From the NCBI GenBank assembly GCA_963708025.1, contig CAVPSB010000023.1, positions 64,001 to 128,000 on the forward strand: a DNA stretch of 64,000 nucleotides, in the 5' to 3' direction. The DNA comes from an uncultured Candidatus Rokubacteria bacterium (GTDB lineage: Bacteria > Methylomirabilota > Methylomirabilia > Rokubacteriales > DASRDR01). A program made the translations under genes and the position numbers. Below are positions 1 through 8,871 of the stretch, piece after piece (the stretch's first letter is position 1; each line of letters starts with the position of its first letter). The notes beneath the pieces are model-generated. The model was given only the letters and a program-made list of their open reading frames with translations. It was not told where the DNA came from and made no database searches.

Positions 1-306
1 GTCGCCCGGCGCTGTCTCGACCTGGGCTTGCTGGTCTCGATCGCCGGGCCCGTGACCTACCCGAACGCGCGCCGGCTCGGCGAGGTCGTCCGCGCGCTCG
101 GCCTCGATTCGCTCGTGATCGAGACCGACTGCCCGTACCTGCCGCCCCAGCCGTGGCGCGGGAAGCGCAACGAGCCGGCCTATCTGCCGGCCACCGCCGC
201 CCGGATCGCCGAGCTCACCGGCGTTCCCGTCGCGGACGTGGCGCGGCGGACGACCGCCACCGCCTGCGCGCGTCTGGGGATTCCCGTGCCGGAGGCCGAC
301 CGATGA
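1..306 (+). CDS. tatD: TatD family hydrolase, C-terminal part (5' truncated by window edge)
   Basis: SIAGPVTY..ETDCPYLPPQPWRGKRNEPAY matches the TatD C-terminal signature. Confidence 0.9.
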   Translation, partial: VARRCLDLGLLVSIAGPVTYPNARRLGEVVRALGLDSLVIETDCPYLPPQPWRGKRNEPAYLPATAARIAELTGVPVADVARRTTATACARLGIPVPEADR

Positions 307-354
307 GATCCCCCCCGGCGGCGCGGTCCGGCCTCGTACCGCGTTGGGACCGCG

Positions 355-515
355 GGCCGCCCCCCCTCCCCCCGGCCAAAGGCCGGAGGCCGTCGGTTGG
401 TGGGGAGGGGTCGCCAAAGGCCGAAGGCCGTCAATGGGTGGGGGTGGGCCCGCCACCGGAGGGGCGCGACGTCCCGAGGGCCGCAGGCCCGAGGCGTCGC
501 GGCGAGACGGATGAC
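355..515. repeat. Composite intergenic repeat: C/G-tract unit interrupted by CCAAAGGCCG(G/A)AGGCCGTC hairpins plus the CCCGAGGGCCGCAGGCCCGAGG core shared with 20508-20620
   Basis: Direct visual match to 20540-20590; the mini-hairpin matches 49241 and, in reverse complement, 35904, 36016 and 57429. Confidence 0.7.
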
Positions 516-1485
516 CGGAGGGGCGCTCTGGCGCCGGGAGCTGCGCCGTGCCCTGGGCGGCGCGCTGAACGTCCTCACGGCGCGCCTCCTGAACGTCCGC
601 CACCGGGGCCCGGCCGTCACGCCCCTCGAGCTCGAGGCCTACCAGGCGCTGGCCGCGCCGACGGCGATCGACACGGCGCGCTTGCTCGCGGGCCGATCGA
701 ACGCCCAGCGCGCCCGCCTGGTCGAGGCGGTGCTCCGGCGCCTCGGCGCTCCGGTGACGCGGCTCCCGTACCGGACCGTCGAGGGGGCCGGGGTGAACCT
801 CTTCGTCGAGGCCGGCGCCGGCTCCCGGGTGCTCCTGCTGGCCGCTCACCACGACGCGGTGCCGGGCAGCCCGGGCGCCAACGACAACGCGGCGAGCGTC
901 GGCCTCCTGCTGGATCTGTGGGCCCGCCTGGCCGCCGACCCGCCCCGGCGGCTGACCGTCCGGTTCGGCTTCTTCGGCGACGAGGAGCGCGGCATGCTCG
1001 GCTCCCGGGTGTATGCCCGGACCGCGGCGCTCGGCGATCTGGTCGGCGTGGTGAGCCTGGAGCTGTGCGGGATCGGCGACAGCCTGGCCCTGTGGGACGT
1101 CACGCCGGCGCTGGCCGAGACGCCGCTCGTCCGGGCCTGGATCGAGGCGGCGGAGTCCCTCGGCTACCGGCGCGACGAGACCTATCACCTAGCCGAGCCG
1201 GTTCCGTTCTTCGGGAGCGACCACCGGCCGCTGGTCGATCGAGGCGTCCCGGGCGTCGGCCTGACCGCGGTGCCGACCGCGGCGGCGGAGGCGCTGCGCG
1301 CGTTCATCTACGGTGGCGTCCGTGGCGTCCTGGTGCCGCCGGCGCGGCGCCCACCCCCCTTCACGACCTACCACACGGCCGCCGACGCCCCCGAGACGCT
1401 CGAGCCGGCCGCGCTCGCCCGCACGGTCACCGTGCTGGAAGCGCTCTGCCGGGTCCTCGAATCCCGCCCGGGCGCCCCGGGGTGA
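511..1485 (+). CDS. M28 family metallopeptidase
   Basis: AHHD, GANDNAAS, DEERG, SDH and YHT..D zinc-ligand motifs; ATG 511 chosen downstream of the repeat. Confidence 0.85.
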   Translation: MTGGALWRRELRRALGGALNVLTARLLNVRHRGPAVTPLELEAYQALAAPTAIDTARLLAGRSNAQRARLVEAVLRRLGAPVTRLPYRTVEGAGVNLFVEAGAGSRVLLLAAHHDAVPGSPGANDNAASVGLLLDLWARLAADPPRRLTVRFGFFGDEERGMLGSRVYARTAALGDLVGVVSLELCGIGDSLALWDVTPALAETPLVRAWIEAAESLGYRRDETYHLAEPVPFFGSDHRPLVDRGVPGVGLTAVPTAAAEALRAFIYGGVRGVLVPPARRPPPFTTYHTAADAPETLEPAALARTVTVLEALCRVLESRPGAPG

Positions 1486-1493
1486 CCGGACGG

Positions 1494-1832
1494 TCACGTG
1501 TAGTCGAGAGCGCGGAGCATGCTCCCGGCGGCCGCTTCGAAGGCGTCGATCTCGTCGGCCCGCAGCTCGTCCCGCCACCGCCCGATCCGGGCCGGCTCCG
1601 GGGGTCGACTCGTGAAGCGCTGGTTTTCCAGGCGCCGGGCCTTGCTGATGAGCGAGCTCCCGTCCGCTCGGAACCGCGCTTCGTGCTCGGCCAGGCGCTC
1701 GGGGGCCCGCTCGTAGTAGCGCTCCATGGCCGCGTCAAACCCCAGCTCGAGGAAGCGGAGCAGCGTGGTTCCGGAGCGCGGAACGCCGACGACGAAGGGC
1801 GCCGGGGGAGAACGCCGGGTGGGGGACTTCAC
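1494..1832 (-). pseudogene. Internally deleted sulfotransferase
   Basis: PAPS-binding motif VGVPRSGTTLLR joined directly to the C-terminal FLELGFDAAM...IGRWRDEL; only about 112 aa; GTG overlaps the upstream stop (GTGA). Confidence 0.75.
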
Positions 1833-3034
1833 GCCGGGCGGTCGGGGAGCGCACGAAGCCGGCGCCACCCACGCTTCACACGGCTCCCCCCCATGCGCGC
1901 GAGCAGCCCGCGGACCCGGGCTCGGAGGGGCCGCGGGCGCGTCCGGGCCAGATCGGCCTCCAGTTGCCGGGCCTGGACCTCCAGCTGCAGGATCCGGTCT
2001 TCCGCGGCGAAGATGGCGAAGAGCGGCGGCTCGAGCGACTGGAGATAGTCCGCCGCCGCCCGCGCCTCGACGCTCGCGGCGTCCGGGCTGGTCGGGGCCC
2101 CATCGGCCAGGGCGTCCTCGTAGGTCGAGAGCAGCTCGGTGACCATGACGTCGAGGCCGGCCTCGGCGCGCACCCGGGCCGACACCGCCGCGGCCTCGCG
2201 CGGGTCGTACCGGGCGATCTGGTCCACCAGGAGGTCGGCGCTCACGGGGTTGACCAGCGTGCCGCGTCCGAAGTTGAGCCGCCGCAGCCCGGCGACGGCC
2301 TCTGGCCGGACCAGCGGGCCACTCCCCTCGGGGCCGCACAGCACGACCGCGGCGCCGACCGCCAGGGCCTCCAGAGCACACTTCGCCTTGGCGAACACCA
2401 GGTCGAACTTCCCGAGGATCGCCTCGGGCTGCTCGCTTACGGCGTTCACCCCGGAGCCGACCACCTCGAGATCCAGGCCCGTTCGCGCACACGCCGCGCG
2501 CACCGCCGGGAGGTAGGTGTTCTCGTTCGCGTAGTTGCTGAAGAGGAGGGCCCGCCGGGGACGCTCGGGGAGCGGTCCCCGCGGCTTGAACCGATCGAGG
2601 TCGACCGCGTTGTAGACGACGCGCACCTGGCCCTCGGGGAGCTCGCCCTCGGCGAGGAGCCGCTCGCGACAGAGGTGGTCGACGGCCACGTACCGACGGA
2701 TCCGCGGAAACCGGGGCGGCGCGTCGGCCCAGAAATGGCCGCTGTGACAGACGAAGACGGCCGGGACTCCGGGAAAGCGGAGCAGCGCCGACATCGTGGG
2801 AAGGCTGTGGTGACCATGGATGACGTGCGGTCGCGCCTCGAGGTCGGCCAGCCGCTCCCGGACCGGCACGCCCGCGTCGCGGATCTCCCGGGCGATCGAG
2901 CCCGTCCGCGGGCTGTAGACCACGGGCTGATGCCCGCGCCGCTGGAGGGCGAGGGCGAGGTCGCGGACGTAGGTTTCCGTCCCGCTGCGGCCTAGCAGCA
3001 CCATGTTGGTGATGAGGACCCGGAGACCGGCCAC
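1829..3034 (-). CDS. Glycosyltransferase (GT4/GT-B-like)
   Basis: RSGTETYVRDLA, HVIHGH, VYNAVDLDRF and ALEALAVG motifs. Confidence 0.85.
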   Translation of the reverse strand: MAGLRVLITNMVLLGRSGTETYVRDLALALQRRGHQPVVYSPRTGSIAREIRDAGVPVRERLADLEARPHVIHGHHSLPTMSALLRFPGVPAVFVCHSGHFWADAPPRFPRIRRYVAVDHLCRERLLAEGELPEGQVRVVYNAVDLDRFKPRGPLPERPRRALLFSNYANENTYLPAVRAACARTGLDLEVVGSGVNAVSEQPEAILGKFDLVFAKAKCALEALAVGAAVVLCGPEGSGPLVRPEAVAGLRRLNFGRGTLVNPVSADLLVDQIARYDPREAAAVSARVRAEAGLDVMVTELLSTYEDALADGAPTSPDAASVEARAAADYLQSLEPPLFAIFAAEDRILQLEVQARQLEADLARTRPRPLRARVRGLLARMGGSRVKRGWRRLRALPDRPA

Positions 3035-3037
3035 GGC

Positions 3038-3115
3038 TCAGGCTCCGTAGACCTGCAGGTCGTGACCGGGATGAGCGCCGACGAGGGCGAAGCGCCGCGC
3101 GACCGGGCCGCTCAC
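3038..3115 (-). pseudogene. 25-codon remnant similar to the N-terminus of the 7967-8770 protein
   Basis: Translates VSGPVARRFALVGAHPGHDLQVYGA*, compared with ALIVAHPGHELMVYH in 7967-8770. Confidence 0.65.
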
Positions 3116-3192
3116 GTGGTGGCTGGCCGGTGTCCCTGGATTGACGCCGGAGGAAGCGGCGGCGTCGCGGGGGTCGCGGCGGGAGCCCACGG

Positions 3193-3480
3193 TCAGGGGA
3201 ACGACGGGCCCTCGGCGAGGCGGGCGAGCAGGAGCCGGCTCTCTGCGGCCGCCGTGCGCGGGACGAGGATGCGCACCTCCCCCTGGCCGCCGACCGTGAA
3301 GGGATGCACGGACTGGGCGACGTGGGTGCGGAGCAGCACCCGGATCCCGTAGGCCTCCAGGAGGCTCTGCACCACGAGGGCCTCGGCCTGATCCCGCACG
3401 CGCGTCACTTCCTCGAACTCGTCGGCGTCGTCGCCGGGTTCGTCGGACCGTCGCGGGAACGGGATCACTCGCCCGGTCAT
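3193..3480 (-). CDS. DUF2007 (PII/GlnB-like fold) protein
   Basis: EALVVQSLLEAYGI..GEVRILVP pattern; extended -10 (TGgTAGCAT) 6 nt upstream of ATG. Confidence 0.8.
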   Translation of the reverse strand: MTGRVIPFPRRSDEPGDDADEFEEVTRVRDQAEALVVQSLLEAYGIRVLLRTHVAQSVHPFTVGGQGEVRILVPRTAAAESRLLLARLAEGPSFP

Positions 3481-3514
3481 GTCGCCATGCTACCAGACCG
3501 CCGGGGGGTAGCCC

Positions 3515-4045
3515 TTATTCGGCAAGGCGCTGGATGCCCACCCGGTGCCGCCGCGCCAGGGCCTGGTAGGCCTCCGGGTTGACCCGCACCCAACGCTCGG
3601 CCGCGGTGCCGGCGAGCGATCGCTTCACCTCGGCAGGGACGCCGGCCACCAGGACGCCGCCCGGCACGGCCATTCCGGCCGGGACGACGGCACCGGCGGC
3701 GACCAGGCTGCGCGCCCCGATCCGGGCCCCGTCGAGCACGACCGCCCCGTTCCCGACGAGGCACTCCTCCTCAAGGATCGCGGCGTGCACCATGCAGAGG
3801 TGGGCGACGGTCACGCCGGGGCCGATCTCGACAGGGCCGTCCGGCGTGGTATGGACCACCGCGTTGTCCTGCACGTTGGCGCCGGCCCGGAGGACGATCG
3901 GCGCGAAGTCGCCGCGGAGCACGACCCCGTACCAGACCGAGGCGCCGGCCTCCACGGTGACGTCCCCGATCAGCGTGGCGGTGGGGGCGATGAACGCCTC
4001 CGCGTGTACCCGGGGACGGCGGCCTTCGAAGCTGTAGAGCGGCAT
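3515..4045 (-). CDS. Gamma-class carbonic anhydrase family hexapeptide-repeat protein
   Basis: AFIAPTATLIGDV, VLRGD, NVQDNAVVH, VTVAHLCMVH. Confidence 0.92.
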   Translation of the reverse strand: MPLYSFEGRRPRVHAEAFIAPTATLIGDVTVEAGASVWYGVVLRGDFAPIVLRAGANVQDNAVVHTTPDGPVEIGPGVTVAHLCMVHAAILEEECLVGNGAVVLDGARIGARSLVAAGAVVPAGMAVPGGVLVAGVPAEVKRSLAGTAAERWVRVNPEAYQALARRHRVGIQRLAE

Positions 4046-4132
4046 GGCGTCTCTCCGCGCGAGCGGTCGGACATCCGACCTGCCCATGATAGCAGCCCTT
4101 GACGGCGGCCGGCCGGTCGAGCGCGGGCGTGT

Positions 4133-4210
4133 GAAAGGAATCGGGGCCTCCGGCTCCCCCTTCCCCTCAGTGGGTGGGGGGGGTTGGGGGGGTGGGAGGG
4201 AGGTCCCGAA
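4133..4210 (+). repeat. G/C-tract REP-like repeat, copy 1
   Basis: CCTCCGGCTCCCCCTTCCCCTCAGTGGGTGGGGG...GGTGGGAGGGAGGTCCCGA. Confidence 0.85.
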
Positions 4211-4214
4211 GATC

Positions 4215-5210
4215 TCAGCCGGGAGCGAGGTCGCGCCAGGCCGGCAGGCCGCCGAGGGAGGTCGCGGCGCGCACGCCGCGGACCACCGCGTCGGCGACAC
4301 AGTCCGCCGCCGCCAACCCGAGCACGTCGAGGGGCGCGGTCGTCTCGGCTCCCGTCGCGAGGCAGAAGAGCGTGTCGCCGTCCACGGTGGTGTGTGGCGG
4401 TGAGAGCGTCGCCGCCAGCCCCAGGTGGGCGAGGCTGGCGAGCCGCCCGGCCTCGACCTTCGTCAGCCGCGCGTCCGTCGCCACGACGCCGATCGTGGTG
4501 TGGGTCCCGCGAAAGCCGGGCGGTGGCGCCCCGGCGCGGAGCGCGCGGGCTGTGTCGACGAGCCGGTGACCATCCGGGGCATCGCGGGCGCCGGCAAGCA
4601 GGGCGCCCGTGACGGGGTCCCGCACGTCCCCCAGCGCGTTGACGGCGACGAGGGCCCCGACCGTCGCGGCCCCGGCCCGCCGGCTGGCCGTCCCGATTCC
4701 GCCCTTCATCGCGCGCGACAGCCCGAAGAGCTTCCCGAGCGAGGCCCCGGTTCCGGCGCCGACGGAGCCCTCCGCGACCGGCCCGGCGGTCGCCGCCGTG
4801 GCGGCCCGCTCCCCCATCGACCGGTCGGGCCGAGCGCGCCGGTCGCCGACGGCGAGGTCGTACAGGATCGCTCCGACCACGAGGGGGACGACACCGGCCG
4901 GCGTGGGGAAGCCGATGCCCCGCGCTTCGAGGTGCGCCATCATCCCGAAGACCGTCTCGAGGCCGAAGGCGCTGCCGCCCGCCAGGACGACCGCGTGGAT
5001 CCGCTCGGCGAGGTGTCGCGGGTCGAGGAGATCGAGGCCGGCGATCCCCGAGGCCCAGCCGCGCACCTCGACCGAGGCGACGGCGCCGTCGGGGCAGAGG
5101 ATGGCCGTGCAGCCGGTCGCGCCGACGGGATCCGTGGCGTGGCCGACGAGGAGTCCCGGGACGTCGGTCAGCGCGCCGGAGATTCGAGACCTCCAGCGCC
5201 TCCCGCCCAC
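4215..5210 (-). CDS. P1/S58 family peptidase (DmpA-like); true start uncertain because a repeat overlaps the 5' end
   Basis: LTDVPGLLVGH, GGSAFGL, EGSVGAGTGA, KGGIGTAS, VNALGDV, HTTVDGD. Confidence 0.9.
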   Translation of the reverse strand: MGGRRWRSRISGALTDVPGLLVGHATDPVGATGCTAILCPDGAVASVEVRGWASGIAGLDLLDPRHLAERIHAVVLAGGSAFGLETVFGMMAHLEARGIGFPTPAGVVPLVVGAILYDLAVGDRRARPDRSMGERAATAATAGPVAEGSVGAGTGASLGKLFGLSRAMKGGIGTASRRAGAATVGALVAVNALGDVRDPVTGALLAGARDAPDGHRLVDTARALRAGAPPPGFRGTHTTIGVVATDARLTKVEAGRLASLAHLGLAATLSPPHTTVDGDTLFCLATGAETTAPLDVLGLAAADCVADAVVRGVRAATSLGGLPAWRDLAPG

Positions 5211-5262
5211 CCCCCCAGCCCCCCTCCCCCACCCACCGGGGGGAGGGGGGGGCCGGAAGGCC
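5199..5262 (-). repeat. G/C-tract REP-like repeat, copy 2
   Basis: Reverse-complement copy of the CCCCCTCCCCCCGGTGGGTGGGGGAGGGGGG unit. Confidence 0.85.
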
Positions 5263-5270
5263 CCACGGGT

Positions 5271-6539
5271 TCACACGCCCTCAGTGGAGGGGGCCTCACT
5301 GCCGCCTCTGTCCTTCCATATTAACGGGTCGCGGCGCGGAGGGGGCGCGGCACGCGGCGGACCTGGTTCGACGGGAAGGCGGCCCAGGACGACCTCGCCG
5401 GCCACCTCCAGGCTGCGCTCGACCAGCGCGCGCACGAACGGGATGCGGCGGGGCGCGTAGTCGGGGTCCGCCAGGGCCCGGGCCACCGCGACCGCCTGCC
5501 GGGCCTCGGCGGGCCGGTCCGTCGCGTCCAGCACGAAGGCCTGCTCCTCCAGCCGTCGCTGCCAGAGCCGTCGCGCGTCGGCGCCGAACTGGCTCTCGAC
5601 CGTCCGGTCGATCAGGGCGGCGTGGCGCTCCGCCTTCACCTGGTCGGTGACGACCAGACGGCTTTCGTTGGCCTGCAACAGCTCGACGGCCTCACCCTGA
5701 ACGGAGGGGGGATCGAGGAACCAGCCGGCCAGCTCGGGGACCTCGAGGAGCCGGGCCGAGGCCTCGAGTGCCGCCGGGTCGTCGGCGACGGTCTCGGAGG
5801 GGATGCGGGCGTAGATCGGCGGCGGGCCCACCGCCTCGCCCGGGTCGAGCAGCGGCTGCCACCGGGCCAGCTCGGCGGGGACCGGGGTGCCGGCCGCCGC
5901 GTGCAGGCGACTCGCCTCGGCGAACAGGTGAACGGCCCACGCCGGCGGTGCTTCCACCCACGGCAGGGGGCTCTCCTCCCGGATTGCGCGGAGCCGCTCG
6001 CCGAGCCGCTTCTTGGCGATGGGCCCGCCGGCCACGTCGAGGATCCCGGTGAAGTCGTTGAGGACGCCCGTGAGCAGCGTGCGCTCGCCGGACGGTCCCT
6101 CGAACAGGATCCAGCAGCCCCGGGAGCCGGTGCCGTCCACCGCGGACACCCAGGCCTCCGTCGGCACCGGCGCCATCGGCGCCGGCTTCGCGGCGGGCGG
6201 CTTCGGGGTGGGCGTCACCCCGGCCTGGCGGAGCCGGTAGAGCGCGCGGCGCAGCGCGGTGCGGACGGCCTTCGGGAGGCCAGGCCGCTCCGCCTCCGCG
6301 AGGGCATCGGCCGCCGTCCGGCTCGCCACCGACGCCAGGGCCTCGGCGGCGGCGATCGCCCCGTCGGGCCGCCCGTTGAGGCACCGGCGGAGCAGTGGCA
6401 CGCTGCCAGGCCCGTGCCGGCGGGCGAGGAGCCTCAGGCTGTCGGCCAGCTCGGTCGCCGGGATCGTGGCCAGGGCGGCGGCGACGGCCTCGGGACTCGG
6501 CTCCTCGCCGACCAGCGCCTCGAGCGCGGCGCCTACCAT
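5271..6539 (-). CDS. Hypothetical protein with HEAT-like helical N-terminus
   Basis: Long ORF with coding-like composition; overlaps the 3' end of 6533-7096. Confidence 0.75.
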   Translation of the reverse strand: MVGAALEALVGEEPSPEAVAAALATIPATELADSLRLLARRHGPGSVPLLRRCLNGRPDGAIAAAEALASVASRTAADALAEAERPGLPKAVRTALRRALYRLRQAGVTPTPKPPAAKPAPMAPVPTEAWVSAVDGTGSRGCWILFEGPSGERTLLTGVLNDFTGILDVAGGPIAKKRLGERLRAIREESPLPWVEAPPAWAVHLFAEASRLHAAAGTPVPAELARWQPLLDPGEAVGPPPIYARIPSETVADDPAALEASARLLEVPELAGWFLDPPSVQGEAVELLQANESRLVVTDQVKAERHAALIDRTVESQFGADARRLWQRRLEEQAFVLDATDRPAEARQAVAVARALADPDYAPRRIPFVRALVERSLEVAGEVVLGRLPVEPGPPRAAPPPRRDPLIWKDRGGSEAPSTEGV

Positions 6540-7096
6540 TCCTTGATCAGGCGCAGGACCGGCTGCAGCTCTCGTGGGGAGTCCAGCGGGCGGAGGTAGA
6601 CGCGCTTCATGTACTGGAGCGCCGTCGCGTAGCCCTCGAACCGGTCGGCGAGCGCCGCGAAGAGCCGGGCGTCGGCCTTCAGCGCCGACCGCTGGAAGTC
6701 CGCCACCACCTGGTACGCGCGCTTGCCCTCCCGAACGTAGAACCCCGTGCTGGCCCGGCGCTCGACGTGTTCGCGGAAGACCCCGATCATGAAGAGGGTG
6801 AAGTCGCCGATGTGCTGTCGGACGTCGCGCTCCCGGAAGGGGTTGAAGTGCGGCTGGTCGAATTCCCAGCTTCGCTGCACTTCGATCAGCATCTCGACGA
6901 CGGTCTCCAGGCGCTCGCCGGTCGCGCCGTGGAGAGCATAGAGCTGGTCGGTGCGGGCGAAGCGAGCGAGCAGACCGGCCAGGTAGTCGGCGACGGGATC
7001 CGCGCCGCCCATTCGTAGGTCCTCCAGGCTCCGCCGCACGAGACGGTCGAAGAACCGCTTGAGGCTGGGCGCGATGGGAGATTCCGACATCGCCAC
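6533..7096 (-). CDS. Hypothetical helical protein
   Basis: 187-aa ORF with normal composition (DYLAGLLARF..QHIGDFTLF..FYVREGKRAY); TATCAT -10 just upstream. Confidence 0.8.
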   Translation of the reverse strand: MAMSESPIAPSLKRFFDRLVRRSLEDLRMGGADPVADYLAGLLARFARTDQLYALHGATGERLETVVEMLIEVQRSWEFDQPHFNPFRERDVRQHIGDFTLFMIGVFREHVERRASTGFYVREGKRAYQVVADFQRSALKADARLFAALADRFEGYATALQYMKRVYLRPLDSPRELQPVLRLIKEW

Positions 7097-7340
7097 GCTG
7101 ATGATACCCCAGGGCCCGAAGCTATGCCAAGGCTCCGGGGTCCCCGGCGGGCCCAGAATTTTCTTGGGGATGCCGCGCGCGGGTTTCTAGAATCGACGCT
7201 GACGGGATGTCACACGCCGGTCTCCGTCCGATCGCCGTCGCGCTTCGAGCCGAAGCGCTCCGAGCGCCCGCTTTGCCCGCGCAATCCCGGGGAGAGGAAT
7301 CGGGAGGCGTATGCCGCCCGCCGACACCAAGGAGGCACGC

Positions 7341-7790
7341 ATGGCGATGATCCAGCAGGAGCTGAAAGCCCAGACTCCCGAGGAAGAGCCGGAGGAGATC
7401 TACGAAGAGGAGCCCCGACGTTGACCGTGGGGCGCGATCCTGAGCGTCGCCCTCGCCCTCGCTGTGATCTTCGTCGGCTACCAGTGGCACCAGGCGTCGG
7501 CGCGCGAGCAGACGCTCGGCGGCCAGGCGCACGCGCTGCGGGCCGAGGCCGAGTCCCTCCGCCTCCGCGTCGAAGAGGCCCAGCGCGAGGTGGATGGACT
7601 GCAGAAGAAGGTGGCCGCGCTCGGGGCCGAGAGGACCGCGCTGGGCGAGCGCATCGTCGGCCTCGAGAAGGCCGCCCAGGAGCACCAGGCCGCCCTCCGC
7701 GCCGCCGAGCAGAGGAGCGCGGCCGCGACCGCCGCCGCCGCGCGGGAGAAGGCGCGAGCGATTCCGGTCGTCCAGAAGAAGTCGCGGTAG
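7341..7790 (+). pseudogene. Membrane-anchored coiled-coil protein with an in-frame TGA at 7422-7424
   Basis: AAGGAGG SD before ATG 7341; MAMIQQELK...EPRR*PWGAILSVALALAVIFVGYQW continues in frame into ORF 7464-7790. Confidence 0.65.
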
Positions 7791-7966
7791 CCTCTCCGAG
7801 GGGATTTCGGAGCCCCCCGACGCCCCCGGCCTGGCGGCAGCCGGGAACCCTCGCCTGAGGCGCGGAGCGCCGCCGGGTGGGTGGCCGCTCGGATGCGGCT
7901 CCCGTCCGAGCACGGCGGACCGTCTGGCCTGCACCACGCCCCCTCGGAGCGACCCCCCCGAAGATC

Positions 7967-8770
7967 TCATCCCGCCTGCGCCTCGATGGCGGCCAGCACC
8001 GGCAAGACGTGCTCACGAAAGCGGATGATGTCGCGATACCGGCCCTCGTTGACGCGGATCTGCCCGGAACGCTCGTAGGCGGGTGCATCGTTCTCGAAGC
8101 GCGCGATCATCGATCGTGTCGCGGCGGGCCGCAGGCACTCCACCGCGAACGCTTGCCGGCCAAATCGCTCGAGCGCGGCCTCCACTTCCTTGCGCATCTC
8201 GGGATAGGCCTGAGCCGCCCCCAGCTTGCGCTCCAGGGCGGCTTCGTCGAGGCGCAGCCACCGCGCGCCGGCGCGCAATGGCTCGGGGCAGCTGTCGGGG
8301 GCAGTGTCCAGGACGAAGTCGTAGTTCTGAAGCGCGCGCCCCGTCTGCTGGCGCGCCATCTCCACGGCGCCGTCGATGATGAAGCGGCACACGTCGTGCA
8401 CCGGATTGAAGCCTTCCACCGCGTCCCCGGCCACGCACTCCACGCCTGCCTCCGCCAGAGCGGCGGCCAGCTCCTTGGCCAGGCCCACGAACACCTCCGC
8501 CTGCCCGTCGAGGAGCAGGCGATAGACTTCCTTGTCGCGATAGCGACCGTAGAGCTGTCCCACCGTGGCGCCGGCGTGTTCCAGCAGGCAGCTGGTGGAC
8601 GCGATGCGGGACGTCGCGCTGCCGCCGGAGCCGTCGGTGAGGCAGAAGTAGAGCGGGCGGTGCCGTTCCACCCAGTGGTAAACCATCAGCTCGTGCCCAG
8701 GATGGGCCACGATGAGGGCGGTCTTGTCCGGGGCACCCAAAGGGGTTCGAGAATCGCTCGGGGCGCCCAC
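7967..8770 (-). CDS. Hypothetical protein with AHPGHE motif (distant PIG-L/LmbE-like)
   Basis: AHPGHE, LTDGS and EGFNPVHD resemble the AHPDDE, TxGE and HPDH motifs of LmbE; GTG 8770 preceded by TGgTAATCT. Confidence 0.65.
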   Translation of the reverse strand: MGAPSDSRTPLGAPDKTALIVAHPGHELMVYHWVERHRPLYFCLTDGSGGSATSRIASTSCLLEHAGATVGQLYGRYRDKEVYRLLLDGQAEVFVGLAKELAAALAEAGVECVAGDAVEGFNPVHDVCRFIIDGAVEMARQQTGRALQNYDFVLDTAPDSCPEPLRAGARWLRLDEAALERKLGAAQAYPEMRKEVEAALERFGRQAFAVECLRPAATRSMIARFENDAPAYERSGQIRVNEGRYRDIIRFREHVLPVLAAIEAQAG

Positions 8771-8871
8771 CGTGGCCAGATTACCATGCGGGTGGGGCGC
8801 CCAGATGATTCGTGATGCGTGGCCATCCGGAGTGGGCCCGGCGCCCCGGGCGCGGTCGCGAATGGTCCGCG

